A stretch of DNA of 64,000 nucleotides. Source: an uncultured Actinomycetes bacterium. Its GTDB lineage: Bacteria; Actinomycetota; Coriobacteriia; Anaerosomatales; PHET01. The translations under genes were made by a program, and so were the position numbers. Below the pieces are notes generated by a model. That model was not told where the DNA came from, did no database searches, and saw nothing but the letters and a program-made list of their open reading frames with translations. Positions 8,683-18,720 of this stretch are shown here, piece by piece (within the stretch, counting starts at the first letter, position 1; the number at the start of each line of letters is the position of its first letter). The DNA is taken from contig CAMTUW010000018.1 in the NCBI GenBank assembly GCA_947085035.1, forward strand, positions 53,660 through 117,659, read 5' to 3'.

Positions 8683-10349
8683 TAGACCTCCATCACCACC
8701 GGGATGATCATAGGACGCGCCTTCAGACGTTCCCAAAGCAACTGCGAGATGGATTCGCGTACCGCGCGCTTGACGACAGCCGAGTCCGTCACGCCCTCCC
8801 GACCGGTCTTGAGCAGAGTCTTGGACAAGCGGGCGTTCAATTCAGCCATCAGGTTCTTGTCTTCATTGATGGCGATGCCGCGAGTGACGACCTGCGGCTC
8901 TCCGGCCATCTTGCCGGTCCTGGCGTCAATGGCGATCACAACACTGACCAAACCGTCTTGGCTCATGTGCTGCCGGTCGCGCAAGATGACCTGGCCGATG
9001 TCGCCGACGGTGACGCCGTCCACGTAGATGACCCCGGATTCGACCCGTTGACCGAGCTCAGCGTACTCCTCGTCGATCTCCAGGCAGTCGCCATTGTCCA
9101 TGACGTAGATGTTCTCTTTGTCGACACCGACCGCCTCGGCAAGCTTGGCATGAGCCATCAGATGCCGGGTCTCACCGTGAATCGGCATGAAGAACTCGGG
9201 TTTCGTGAGGTTCAGCATGAGCTTGAGCTCTTCTGAGGCCGCGTGACCCGACACGTGAACGTGGGCATTCCCGCGGTGCACGACGTCGCAGCCCGCCTTC
9301 GAGAGACGGTTGATCACTCGCGATACCGCTTTCTCGTTGCCTGGAACCGGTGACGCGGAGATGATGACCGTGTCGCCCTCTTGGACTGTCACCGTCTTGT
9401 GGTCGCTGTTCGCCATTCTCGCGAGCGCTGAGAGTGGCTCCCCTTGGCTCCCGGTGCACAGGATCACGACTTTCTCGGGAGGCAGTCCGTGATTGTCAAA
9501 AGCGTCGAGGATATCGTCTGAGTCGATGGTGAGGTAGCCCAACTCGCGGGCGACCTTGGTGTTGTTGACCATCGAGCGACCGGTGACGATGACTTTGCGA
9601 CCCGCAGCGGTAGCCGCGTCACAGACCTGCTGGAGTCGATGAACGTGGCTTGCGAATGATGCGACGATGACCCGCTGTTTGGCACTTGAGATGATCTCGC
9701 GCAGCGCGACTCCCACATCTGCTTCGGAGCGCGTGATACCGCTGTTCTCGGCGCCTGTGGAGTCAGACATCAGCAGCGTGACCCCCGCCTTGCCGAACTT
9801 GGCCAGCGCGCCGTAATCAGTGAGGCGGCCGTCGATGGGAGTCTGGTCGAGCTTGAAGTCGCCAGTATGGACGATCGTGCCGACGGGGGTGCGGATGAAG
9901 ATCCCGACGGCGTCGGGAATCGAATGGTTCACCGCGAAGAAATCGAGTCCGAAAGCGCCCATCGAAACGTGACCGCCCGCACGAATCTCGCGCAGCTTCG
10001 GCCTCTTGATGCGGTGCTCTTCGAGCTTGTTCTTGATGAGCCCGAGTGTGAGCTTGGTACCCAGTACCGGCACAGGCCGGTCAAGGTCCTTGAGCAGATA
10101 CGGCAGGGCGCCCGTATGGTCCTCGTGACCATGCGTGATCATGATCGCGCGGAGCTTATCGGCGTTCTTCAGGATGTAGGAGTAGTCAGGAAGGATGAGA
10201 TCGATGCCTGGGTGATCGTCATCCGGGAACATCAGACCGGCGTCGACGACTACCATGTCAGAATCGTACTCGATCACCGTCATGTTCTTGCCGATGCCGT
10301 CAAGTCCCCCAAGCGGAATGACGCGCAGGCGTTGTTGTTTCTTCGACAT
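8682..10349 (-). CDS. rnj: Ribonuclease J (metallo-beta-lactamase/beta-CASP)
   Basis: 555 aa. RVIPLGGLDGIGKNM, HGHEDHTGALPYL, beta-CASP and C-terminal domain. Confidence 0.9.
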   Translation of the reverse strand: MSKKQQRLRVIPLGGLDGIGKNMTVIEYDSDMVVVDAGLMFPDDDHPGIDLILPDYSYILKNADKLRAIMITHGHEDHTGALPYLLKDLDRPVPVLGTKLTLGLIKNKLEEHRIKRPKLREIRAGGHVSMGAFGLDFFAVNHSIPDAVGIFIRTPVGTIVHTGDFKLDQTPIDGRLTDYGALAKFGKAGVTLLMSDSTGAENSGITRSEADVGVALREIISSAKQRVIVASFASHVHRLQQVCDAATAAGRKVIVTGRSMVNNTKVARELGYLTIDSDDILDAFDNHGLPPEKVVILCTGSQGEPLSALARMANSDHKTVTVQEGDTVIISASPVPGNEKAVSRVINRLSKAGCDVVHRGNAHVHVSGHAASEELKLMLNLTKPEFFMPIHGETRHLMAHAKLAEAVGVDKENIYVMDNGDCLEIDEEYAELGQRVESGVIYVDGVTVGDIGQVILRDRQHMSQDGLVSVVIAIDARTGKMAGEPQVVTRGIAINEDKNLMAELNARLSKTLLKTGREGVTDSAVVKRAVRESISQLLWERLKARPMIIPVVMEV

Positions 10350-10396
10350 ATGTGTGTTCTTCGAGCTCCTCTCGGTCGTGCTTGCCCGTAGGGGTC

Positions 10397-11287
10397 CTAC
10401 AGCACGCCAACGTGACGCATGACGCGCTCGAGCTCCGAGATCTGCTCTGCGGTGGCTTCGACCAGTGGTAGTCGAACGCCTCCCGTCGAGAATCCTTGGA
10501 GGGCGAGCGCCTTCTTCACCATTATCGGGTTCGCTGTCATGAACAGAGTCTTCATGAGCGGCAGCAACTCAAGATGGATACGCAGCGCCCGGGTGTGATC
10601 TCCCGAGATCTGCGCGTTGATCATTTCTTTGAAACGCACTCCGGCCACGTGGCTCACGACGCTGATGACACCACGGGCTCCCAGTCCCATGAGCGGCAAT
10701 GTGAGCTCGTCGTCACCGGCGAAGACCTCGAACCCCTCGGGCGCGTTGGCAAGAACAGTGGCAGCTTGAGAGAGATCGGGGTTCGCCTGTTTGAGTGCAA
10801 CGATGTTTTCGCAATCGTCAGCCAGACGGATGACGGTGGCTGGTTCGAGATTGATCACGCAGCGACCGGGTATGTTGTAGAGGATCACGGGCACATCGAC
10901 GGCTTCGGCAATCGCGCGGAAGTGTCGGTAGAGGCCCTCTTGTGGAGGCTTGTTGTAGTAGGGCACGACGGCCATGATCGCGTCGACGCCCAGTGAGACG
11001 ACCTCGCGCGCGAAACGGACCGAGTCGTCGGTGCAGTTGTCCCCCGCGTTCGCGATGACGGGCGCAGCGCCGTCCACAGCTTCGACGACGGCGCGGAACA
11101 GGTCTATCTTCTGGTCGTAGAAGACGGTCGGACTCTCGCCCGTCGTCCCGCAGACGACCAGTGCGTCGCTTCCGGTGTCGAGCAGGCGGTGCGCGAGTTC
11201 GGCCGCCTTGTCGAGGTCGAGTGAGTTGTCTGCGGTGAACGGGGTCACCATGGCCGTGATCATGCGGCCGAATCGCGGATCAGTCAT
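10397..11287 (-). CDS. dapA: 4-hydroxy-tetrahydrodipicolinate synthase
   Basis: ORF 10397-11386. Conserved start MTDPRFGRMITAMVTPF at 11287. VCGTTGESPT motif. Confidence 0.9.
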   Translation of the reverse strand: MTDPRFGRMITAMVTPFTADNSLDLDKAAELAHRLLDTGSDALVVCGTTGESPTVFYDQKIDLFRAVVEAVDGAAPVIANAGDNCTDDSVRFAREVVSLGVDAIMAVVPYYNKPPQEGLYRHFRAIAEAVDVPVILYNIPGRCVINLEPATVIRLADDCENIVALKQANPDLSQAATVLANAPEGFEVFAGDDELTLPLMGLGARGVISVVSHVAGVRFKEMINAQISGDHTRALRIHLELLPLMKTLFMTANPIMVKKALALQGFSTGGVRLPLVEATAEQISELERVMRHVGVL

Positions 11288-11409
11288 CAAGAGTCCAACC
11301 CCTCGAAATTCTCGTCCGCACGTCTGCGGGCGCGGACACACGTTCTTGTGTGTGCATTGTGCCACACGCGACTGACATCGGAGCACGCGATCACGCCAAC
11401 GTCACGACG

Positions 11410-12651
11410 TCACGATCCCAGGTCGAAGCCGTCGTGCAACGCTGAGACCGCCCTTTCGGCGTCGCGGGCGTTCACAAGCACCGAGATCGTGGTGTGCGAG
11501 TCTGCCGTCTGGAGCACATTCACTCCTGCATCGGCCAGATATCCAGCAAGGCGCGCCATCACGCCCGGAACACCATGCATTCCGGCCCCCACCACCGTGA
11601 CTTTGGCGAGTTCGGCGGTGACTCGGTACTGGAGGCCGAGGGCCTCCAGAACGCCGAGTGCCACCTCGACCGAAGGAGCTGCCACGGTGAAGACGAGCCT
11701 GTCGCCCACAGGGGTGAACATGTCGAGTGAGACGTTCGCGTCCGCCATCGCTCGGTACACGACCGCCTGGGCCGCCATGTGCTCAGCAGTGCCCTCAGGG
11801 GCCGACAACGTGACGCGCAGGCGGGTGACTCCGCTCGTGTGCGTGACTGCGGTAGCCACCGAGCTCGAGCGGTAACCGGCGATGTCAGCCACGAGGGTAC
11901 CGGGATGATCGCTGTAGGTGTTTCGCACGCGTACGGCGAGCCCACTGGCGAGCGCGAGCTCGGCCGCCGACGTATGAACCACTCGGCTGCCTGCCCGGGC
12001 CATCTGAAAGAGCTCATCGGCACGTACGGACTCAAGAACACCTGCGCTCCCGCAGGTACGAGGGTCCGCGGTCATGACACCGTCTACATCGGTGAAGATG
12101 ATGACCTCTTGGGCGTGCAGCGCGACACCGAGCGCGCATGCGGTCGTGTCGCTGCCCCCACGGCCGAGCGTGGTGACGCGGCCCTGCTCGGTCATGCCCT
12201 GAAAACCGCACACGACCGGCACGCTGCCGACGTCGATGAGAGCGATGAGTGGCCCGGTGTGTATCTCGGTGATCGAGGCTCCATCGTATGCGTCATCGGT
12301 CAGGATGCCGGCCTCGCCGCCGGTGAGCGCATGCGCGTCGACGCCCTTCGAGCGCAGTTCGTGCGCTACGACAATCGCGCTGATGGTCTCCCCCAGAGTG
12401 GCGAGAAGGTCGCGCTCGCGAGGGTCCGTCGGCAATTCCTGGACCAAGGAGAGCAGGGTATCGGTGGCGTACGGGTCACCCTTGCGCCCCATAGCGCTCA
12501 CGACGACGACGGGCGCCTTGCCCGACTCCAAGATGCCGATGACGCGTGCGGCAACACCAGCGCGACCCTGCTCTGTGGCCAGCGACGTGCCGCCGAACTT
12601 CATGACCACGACGGGGGTTTTCGTGCGCGCGGTAGAGGCTCCCTCCGTCAC
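11410..12651 (-). CDS. lysC: Aspartate kinase (monofunctional, C-terminal ACT domains)
   Basis: 413 aa. VVVMKFGGTSL, GRGGSDTTA, tandem ACT-like C-terminus. GTG start 1 nt after the dapB stop. Confidence 0.9.
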   Translation of the reverse strand: MTEGASTARTKTPVVVMKFGGTSLATEQGRAGVAARVIGILESGKAPVVVVSAMGRKGDPYATDTLLSLVQELPTDPRERDLLATLGETISAIVVAHELRSKGVDAHALTGGEAGILTDDAYDGASITEIHTGPLIALIDVGSVPVVCGFQGMTEQGRVTTLGRGGSDTTACALGVALHAQEVIIFTDVDGVMTADPRTCGSAGVLESVRADELFQMARAGSRVVHTSAAELALASGLAVRVRNTYSDHPGTLVADIAGYRSSSVATAVTHTSGVTRLRVTLSAPEGTAEHMAAQAVVYRAMADANVSLDMFTPVGDRLVFTVAAPSVEVALGVLEALGLQYRVTAELAKVTVVGAGMHGVPGVMARLAGYLADAGVNVLQTADSHTTISVLVNARDAERAVSALHDGFDLGS

Positions 12652-12652
12652 G

Positions 12653-13450
12653 CTACTCCCCCATCAGGTTCTCGAGACCGACAACGAGGCCTGAGAGTCC
12701 GGAAACATTGCGAATGGCGAGAACGACGCCGGGCATGAAACTCGTGCGATCGATGGAATCGTGACGGATGGAAAGCGTCTGACCCTGTCCGCCGAACAGC
12801 ACCTCCTGGTGCGCGACGAGTCCGGGCAGACGGACGGAGTGCACGGTGACGTTGTCCACGAGTGCGCCACGGGCGCCCTCCATGCCCGCGAGCTCAGTCT
12901 CTCGCCCGGGTGCGACAGGGGTTTGTGTGCGGGCCTCTGAGATCAGCCGAGCCGTGCGCACCGCCGTCCCGCTGGGGGCGTCGACCTTGCGGTCGTGATG
13001 AAGCTCGATGATCTCGACGTGGTCCATGAAGCGCGCGGCCGTCGCGGCGAACCGCATCATGAGCACTGCGCCGATGGCGAAGTTCGGTGCGTAGAACAAG
13101 CATGTGCCGGGATGGGCGTTCTCGCATTCAGCCAGCTGGACAAGCTTCTCGTCAGACAGGCCGGTCGTGCCGACGATGCAGTCGACGCCGGCCGCCATCG
13201 CGGTGCAGAGGTTTCCCTCGACCGCGTCGGGGTGGGTGAAATCGACCATCACGTCAGGGCGGGTATCAGCGATCGCGGTCACAAGCGAGGCGACGCAGTT
13301 GACCGAGCCCCCCGCACCGTCGTCGATAGCCAGACCGGCGCAGTTCACATCCACCGCTGCGACGACTTCCATCCCGTCGGCTGCGGTGACAGCCTTGACC
13401 ACCTCAGAACCCATGCGGCCTGCTGCTCCTGTCACAAGAACGCGTATCAT
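12653..13450 (-). CDS. dapB: 4-hydroxy-tetrahydrodipicolinate reductase
   Basis: ORF 12653-13672. Start MIRVLVTGAAGRMGSEV at 13450 with purine-rich SD upstream (alternative start 13492). ELHHDRKVDAPSGTA motif. Confidence 0.9.
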   Translation of the reverse strand: MIRVLVTGAAGRMGSEVVKAVTAADGMEVVAAVDVNCAGLAIDDGAGGSVNCVASLVTAIADTRPDVMVDFTHPDAVEGNLCTAMAAGVDCIVGTTGLSDEKLVQLAECENAHPGTCLFYAPNFAIGAVLMMRFAATAARFMDHVEIIELHHDRKVDAPSGTAVRTARLISEARTQTPVAPGRETELAGMEGARGALVDNVTVHSVRLPGLVAHQEVLFGGQGQTLSIRHDSIDRTSFMPGVVLAIRNVSGLSGLVVGLENLMGE

Positions 13451-13493
13451 CTTCCCTGCTTCCTCTTCAGTCATGGCCGCCTCTGCGTTCATC

Positions 13494-14747
13494 CTACTGG
13501 ACCAACGGCTCGAGCTGCTGACGCGTGAACGGGCCGATGACTGCGAGCACTCGCTCGCGCTCCAGCACCCCTGCGGCGACCCGTTTGAGGTCCTCCATCG
13601 TGATCGCGTCGAAGCGCTCCACGATCTCGTCAGCAGAGAGTATCTCGCCACCCACGACCTCGTTCTTGCCAAGGCGCGTCATGCGCATGCGTGTAGATTC
13701 CATTCCCAAGACGAGATGACCCTTGGTGGACTGCCTCACGCGGTCCAGTTCGTGTGGAGTGACACCGGATGAGGCGACCTGCTCCATCTCCTGGCGAATC
13801 AGTCCGATGACCTCCTGGGCGTTGTCAGGCCTGGTTCCGGCGTACACGGCGAACTGTCCCGTGTCTCGATACAACGCAGAGAACGAGTAGACCGCGTAGG
13901 CCAGCCCGCGCTTCTCACGGATCTCTTGAAACAGTCGCGAGCTCATTCCACCACCCAACACGCCATCGAGGATGGAGAGCGCGAAGCGGTCCGGATGGTG
14001 AGCGTTCATCGCTTCGACGCCGTAGCAGATATGGGCCTGCTCGGTGTCCTTCTCGATGACAGAGATGCGTGAGACCCCTGAGGATTTCGCAACCGGCCGC
14101 ACGGAGCGCGGTCCTTCGGACAAGCCGCCAAGATACCTTTCAGTGAGTTCAACGAGGAGTTCGTGATCGACACTGCCGGCAGCGGCGATGACACAGTTCC
14201 CAGAAAGGTAGTGCCGGGACCGAAACGTGACCGAGCTCTCGTGGTCGAAGACGCCGACACTGGCTCGACTGCCGAGAATGGGAAGCCCGATGGGATGATC
14301 GGGCCACAGCGCCTTGTCGAACAGCTCGTGAATGCGGTCGTCGGGAGTGTCTTCCATCCGCGCGATCTCTTCGATCACGACTTCGCGTTCGGATACACAC
14401 GAATCGCTGGTGAGGCTCGCGTCAACGACCATGTCGGCGAGAAGTTCGAATGCCTTGGGCAGATGCTCATCGACGAAGCGGCTGTAGTAGCAGGTGTACT
14501 CCTTCGACGTGAAGGCATTGAGTTCCGCGCCGAGATGATCGAACCTCTCCGAGATCTCTTTGGCGGTCCGCGTCGAAGTACCCTTGAACATCATGTGCTC
14601 CATGAAGTGAGACATGCCTGCTTCTTGCGAAGTCTCATCCCGGCTGCCCACGGCGAACCAGATTCCCAAAGCGACAGAGCGAACCGAGTCCATAGGCTCG
14701 CTCATCACGGTGATACCGTTGTCGAGGACCGTCTTTCGATAGAACAT
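13494..14747 (-). CDS. M16 family zinc peptidase (pitrilysin/MlpA-like)
   Basis: ORF 13494-14780. Start MFYRKTVLDNGITV at 14747. Inverted zincin motif HFMEHMMFKGT. Confidence 0.85.
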   Translation of the reverse strand: MFYRKTVLDNGITVMSEPMDSVRSVALGIWFAVGSRDETSQEAGMSHFMEHMMFKGTSTRTAKEISERFDHLGAELNAFTSKEYTCYYSRFVDEHLPKAFELLADMVVDASLTSDSCVSEREVVIEEIARMEDTPDDRIHELFDKALWPDHPIGLPILGSRASVGVFDHESSVTFRSRHYLSGNCVIAAAGSVDHELLVELTERYLGGLSEGPRSVRPVAKSSGVSRISVIEKDTEQAHICYGVEAMNAHHPDRFALSILDGVLGGGMSSRLFQEIREKRGLAYAVYSFSALYRDTGQFAVYAGTRPDNAQEVIGLIRQEMEQVASSGVTPHELDRVRQSTKGHLVLGMESTRMRMTRLGKNEVVGGEILSADEIVERFDAITMEDLKRVAAGVLERERVLAVIGPFTRQQLEPLVQ

Positions 14748-14860
14748 GAACACCCCATTCGGGTCGATGCGGCGAAGCAAGCGATGCGCTCGAAGCGCAT
14801 GTCAACAGGGTACCCGAACACGTTGGACCGTGGAGAGCCTCCCGTCTGGACGAGGGACGC

Positions 14861-14866
14861 TACAAT
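14861..14866 (+). promoter_or_regulatory. Candidate -10 (TACAAT) for the plus-strand carboxypeptidase gene
   Basis: TACAAT lies 60 nt upstream of the ATG at 14926, in the 178-nt divergent intergenic region. No good -35. Confidence 0.25.
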
Positions 14867-14925
14867 GCACGCAGAGACTCAGGGGCACCTCGAGCCCCGC
14901 GTTCACCGCATGAAGGGCGTCTCGG

Positions 14926-16359
14926 ATGACAGGGTTCGCGCGCAGAAGTGTGTACGGTGCCCTGTGCGCACTTCGCGTGTTGCTGGTTGCGGGCGTGCTC
15001 GCGGGCTCGCTCGTGCTGCACCCGTCATCAGCGCTCGCCTCCAGGCTTGCTACCGATCGCATCGACGGCATCCCGCTGTCGAGAGGGTCGGTACCGACCT
15101 CTGTCGCCCCGGACATCTCTGCACGCGCAGGGGCCCTGGTCACCGCGGACGGGCGTGTGCTCTGGTCGCGGAGCCTCCGAGCACAGCGCCCGATGGCGAG
15201 TACAACGAAGATCATGACCGCGCTCCTCGTCATGGAGCACACCACTCCGACCGAGACCATCACCATCACCAGGGCTGCCAGCCGCGTCCCTTACGCCACC
15301 GGGCTTCGAAGTGGCGAGAAGCGAAGCGTGCGCAAGCTGCTTGAGTTGACGCTGGTCGCCTCGTCAAACGACGCGGCCACCGCACTCGCCATTCACGTGG
15401 GCGGCAGTGTGGGGGGCTTCTCGAAGATGATGAACGCTCGCGCGGTCAAGCTGGGGCTACGTGACACCCGCTATGTCAACTCGCATGGCCTCGACGCCAC
15501 GGGGCACTACTCCTCGGCCGCAGACCTCGCCGTGTTGATGAGAGCAGCCATGGCGCAACCTGAGTTCAAGCGGATCGTCGGGTTGAGAGCGGTTCGACTG
15601 CCCGCGTATCGCACGCGCTCCGCGCGTACGCTCAAGAGCACCGATGCGCTCTTGGGACAGGTCGAGGGGTTGCATGGCGGCAAGACCGGATACACCGGCG
15701 ATGCGCGGTACTGCTACGTTGCCAGCGCGCGCCGCGACGGCGTGTCGCTGTCAACGGTCGTACTCGGTTCATCGTCATCGTCAGCGCGATTCGTGAGTTC
15801 AGCAAGGCTGCTCGCATGGGGCTTTCGGCACTACCGCGTCAGGCAGCTTGGCTCGGTGACTTCAACGGTCGGCGCGGTACCGATCTCGGCGAACCCGAGC
15901 ATGTCCGTCGGTGTCCGATGCGAGAACACCGTTTCGACCCCGGTGTTCGGCCCGCTTGGGGCGGTGACGAGAAACGTATCGCTGCCGACGAGTGTGGCGG
16001 TCCCGGTGTTCGCAGGTCAGACGCTTGGCGTCGTGCACTTCATCCAGGGCTCCAGCGTCATCGCGACCGTGAGCGCCGTCGCGACCGCGTCACGTGCCTC
16101 TGCTGAGGAGACGGTGGGTGTCGTGCCGGTCGATGGCGCCGCGGACCCAGAAGTGCCGGTCAGGGCCGCACCGAGCACGGCAACCGTCGCGCCGTATGAT
16201 CCGCTTCGTCCGGTCGAGCGGGTCGTGATCCTTGATTCTCGCGTAGCCGCTCCTGTCGTGGAAGGCCAGGTGCTGGGGCAGATCGTGTACACCCAGGATG
16301 GTCGCGTGCTGGTCACCGTACCCGTTGTCGCAAGCCGATCGATTCCTTTGGCCGGGTGA
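14926..16359 (+). CDS. D-alanyl-D-alanine carboxypeptidase (S11, PBP5-type) with signal peptide and duplicated C-terminal module
   Basis: 477 aa. Signal-like N-terminus ALCALRVLLVAGVLAGSLVLHPSSALA. SxxK ASTTKIMTA, SxN SSNDAA, KTG GGKTGYTG. The only plus-strand gene. Confidence 0.85.
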   Translation: MTGFARRSVYGALCALRVLLVAGVLAGSLVLHPSSALASRLATDRIDGIPLSRGSVPTSVAPDISARAGALVTADGRVLWSRSLRAQRPMASTTKIMTALLVMEHTTPTETITITRAASRVPYATGLRSGEKRSVRKLLELTLVASSNDAATALAIHVGGSVGGFSKMMNARAVKLGLRDTRYVNSHGLDATGHYSSAADLAVLMRAAMAQPEFKRIVGLRAVRLPAYRTRSARTLKSTDALLGQVEGLHGGKTGYTGDARYCYVASARRDGVSLSTVVLGSSSSSARFVSSARLLAWGFRHYRVRQLGSVTSTVGAVPISANPSMSVGVRCENTVSTPVFGPLGAVTRNVSLPTSVAVPVFAGQTLGVVHFIQGSSVIATVSAVATASRASAEETVGVVPVDGAADPEVPVRAAPSTATVAPYDPLRPVERVVILDSRVAAPVVEGQVLGQIVYTQDGRVLVTVPVVASRSIPLAG

Positions 16360-16376
16360 ACTGTCATCGAGTGATA

Positions 16377-16414
16377 CCAAAATGCGAGGCCCCCATCCTT
16401 CGAGGGCCTCGCAT
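16377..16414 (-). terminator. Intrinsic terminator after pnp, in the convergent gap with the carboxypeptidase gene
   Basis: 11-bp stem ATGCGAGGCCC/GGGCCTCGCAT (16382-16392 / 16404-16414), followed on the minus strand by UUUUGG. Confidence 0.7.
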
Positions 16415-16435
16415 CGATCACGTATCCGAGTGAAT

Positions 16436-18616
16436 CTACTGGCGACGTCGCGGACGCCGATCGTCCGTTCGACCGCCGCCGTCACGGCGTGGCCCACGGT
16501 CGTCCGACGGGGCGGAGTCGGCGGAACCCTCAGGTGCCGGCGGCTTGTCCAAGCGGTCCAGCGAAACCTTGCCGCGATCGTCGATGTCGATGATCTTGAC
16601 GTTGACCTCATCGCCGACGCTCAGCACGTCTTCAACCTTGCCCACCCGACCCTGGGCGACACGGCTGATGTGCAGCAGGCCGTCTTTTCCGGGGATGAGC
16701 TCGACGAACGCACCGAACGCCTGGATCGAGACGACGCGGCCGTGGTACTCCTCGCCGATCTCGGGCTCTTTGACGATGGCCTGGATGCGGCGGACCGCCT
16801 CCTCGCCACCGAGGTCGCGGCTGGCCACGTAGATGGTGCCGTCTTCCTGGATGTCGATCTGGGCGCCGGTCTCTTCCTGTATGCCGCGCACGACCTTGCC
16901 GCCGCTACCGATGACCTCACGGATCTTGTCCGACGGGATCTTGATGGTGATGATGCGTGGCGCGAACTTGCTCATCTCGTCGCGAGTCTCAGCGATCACT
17001 TCGATCATCTTGTCGAGAATGTGCGCGCGGCCCGCTTTGGCCTGCATGAGCGCTTTGCGCAGGATCTCGAAGGACAGACCCTTGGCCTTGTTGTCCATCT
17101 GCATCGCGGTGATGCCGTTGGGGGTACCAGCGACCTTGAAGTCCATGTCGCCGAGGAAGTCCTCGAGGCCCTGGATATCGGAGAGAACAGCGACGTCGTC
17201 GCCTTCCTTGATGAGCCCCATCGCGATGCCTGAAACCGGTGCCGAGATGGGAACGCCGGCGTCCATGAGGGCCAGCGTCGAGCCGCACACCGAGCCCATC
17301 GACGAGGAGCCGTTGGACTCGAGTACCTCTGAGACGATGCGAATCGTGTAGGGGAACACGTCTTCCGCAGGGATCACCGGCAACAAAGCGCGCTCGGCCA
17401 GTGCGCCGTGACCGATGTCGCGGCGCTTCGGGCCACGCATGAAGCCCGTCTCGCCGGTCGAGAACGGCGGGAAGTTGTAGTGGTGGATGTAGCGCTTGCC
17501 CTCGGAGACGTCGATCGTGTCGAGGCGCTGCCACTCGTTGAGCATGCCCAGCGTCAGCACAGAGAGGACCTGGGTCTGACCACGGGTGAACAGGCCGGAT
17601 CCGTGTGCGCGCGGCAGGTAACCGGCGGTACAGCTGATCGGACGAACCTCGTCGAGCCTACGGCCGTCTGCACGCTCGCCCTCCTCGAGAACCATCGTGC
17701 GCATGGTCTTCTTCTCGAGCAGCTTGAGCGCGGCCTTGATGTCCTTACCCTGTGCCGCGAGTTCTTCAGGCGAATGCGTGGCGAGAAGCTCGTCCTTCAC
17801 GGCCTGCACGGCATCCATTCGAGCGTGCTTGTCCGGGTTGTGCAACGCAGCCTTCATCTTGTCAGCACCGGCCGCGAAGACGCGGTCGATGAGCGCGGGA
17901 TCCAGAGCGCTGATGGCGACGTGCATCGGCTGAATCTCGATACGAGCCAAGAAGCGCTCCTGGATGGCGCACAACTCGGAGATGGCTTCCTGAGCGAAGG
18001 CCATGGCTGCAAGCATGTCTTCTTCCGAGACCTCGTTGCAGGCGGCCTCGATCATGAAGACGGCGTCACGGCTTCCCGCGACGATCAGGTCCAGATCGGA
18101 GTTCTCGGCCTCGTCAAAGGTCGGGTTGACCAGAAACTCGCCGGTGTCGGCATCGCGAGAAACCCTCACGCCCGCCAGCGGACCCTCGAACGGGATTCCG
18201 GCGGCCATGAGCGCCGTGGAGGCACCCATGATCGAGATGACGTCAGGCTGGTGGACCTGGTCAGCCGAGAGCACGGTCGCGATGATCTGAACCTCGTTGC
18301 GAAACCCATCGGCGAACGCTGAGCGCAGCGGACGGTCGATCATGCGTGCGGTCAGCACGGCCTTCTCAGACGGGCGGGACTCGCGCTTGATGAAACCGCC
18401 GGGAAGCTTGCCCGCGGCGTACATCCGCTCTTCGAAGTCGACCGTGAGCGGGAAGAAATCCAGATCCTTGGGCTGCCTCGACGCGGTAGCCGTCACGAGC
18501 ACCATCGTATCGCCCTGACGCACAATGACGGCGCCACCAGCCTGCTTGGCGAGTTCGCCTGTCTCGAGGGTGTACTCCTTGCCGTACAGCTCGAATGTCT
18601 CAACTGTCTTCGTCAT
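16436..18616 (-). CDS. pnp: Polyribonucleotide nucleotidyltransferase (PNPase)
   Basis: ORF 16436-18670. Start MTKTVETFELYGKEY at 18616. Two RNase PH domains, KH, S1 (GRVVSIQAFGAFVEL), Arg/Asp-rich C-terminal tail. Confidence 0.95.
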   Translation of the reverse strand: MTKTVETFELYGKEYTLETGELAKQAGGAVIVRQGDTMVLVTATASRQPKDLDFFPLTVDFEERMYAAGKLPGGFIKRESRPSEKAVLTARMIDRPLRSAFADGFRNEVQIIATVLSADQVHQPDVISIMGASTALMAAGIPFEGPLAGVRVSRDADTGEFLVNPTFDEAENSDLDLIVAGSRDAVFMIEAACNEVSEEDMLAAMAFAQEAISELCAIQERFLARIEIQPMHVAISALDPALIDRVFAAGADKMKAALHNPDKHARMDAVQAVKDELLATHSPEELAAQGKDIKAALKLLEKKTMRTMVLEEGERADGRRLDEVRPISCTAGYLPRAHGSGLFTRGQTQVLSVLTLGMLNEWQRLDTIDVSEGKRYIHHYNFPPFSTGETGFMRGPKRRDIGHGALAERALLPVIPAEDVFPYTIRIVSEVLESNGSSSMGSVCGSTLALMDAGVPISAPVSGIAMGLIKEGDDVAVLSDIQGLEDFLGDMDFKVAGTPNGITAMQMDNKAKGLSFEILRKALMQAKAGRAHILDKMIEVIAETRDEMSKFAPRIITIKIPSDKIREVIGSGGKVVRGIQEETGAQIDIQEDGTIYVASRDLGGEEAVRRIQAIVKEPEIGEEYHGRVVSIQAFGAFVELIPGKDGLLHISRVAQGRVGKVEDVLSVGDEVNVKIIDIDDRGKVSLDRLDKPPAPEGSADSAPSDDRGPRRDGGGRTDDRRPRRRQ

Positions 18617-18678
18617 ATTCTTCTCTCTTCTTCCCTCTGCCTCAGCCACCCGCCCCTTGCGAGCAGCCAATGATTGAA

Positions 18679-18705
18679 GAAGGCGAGGGTTCTCCCCTCG
18701 CCTTC
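18679..18705 (-). terminator. rpsO-pnp intergenic hairpin (terminator/attenuator or processing site)
   Basis: 11-bp perfect stem GAAGGCGAGGG/CCCTCGCCTTC with a 5-nt loop, followed on the minus strand by UUCAAUCAUU. Confidence 0.5.
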
Positions 18706-18720
18706 CCTGTAACCGGTTGT

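Noticed and set aside
11288-11409. Possible lysine riboswitch between ask and dapA
   Set aside because: At 122 nt including the SD it is too short for an L-box. I could not find the multi-helix junction pattern expected. It is kept only as a generic structured leader.
16298-18322. Plus-strand ORFs of 311 aa (16298-17233) and 304 aa (17408-18322)
   Set aside because: They are antisense to pnp. The composition is biased (D/L/R/G/V runs) and they have no start-site signals. These are high-GC shadow ORFs.
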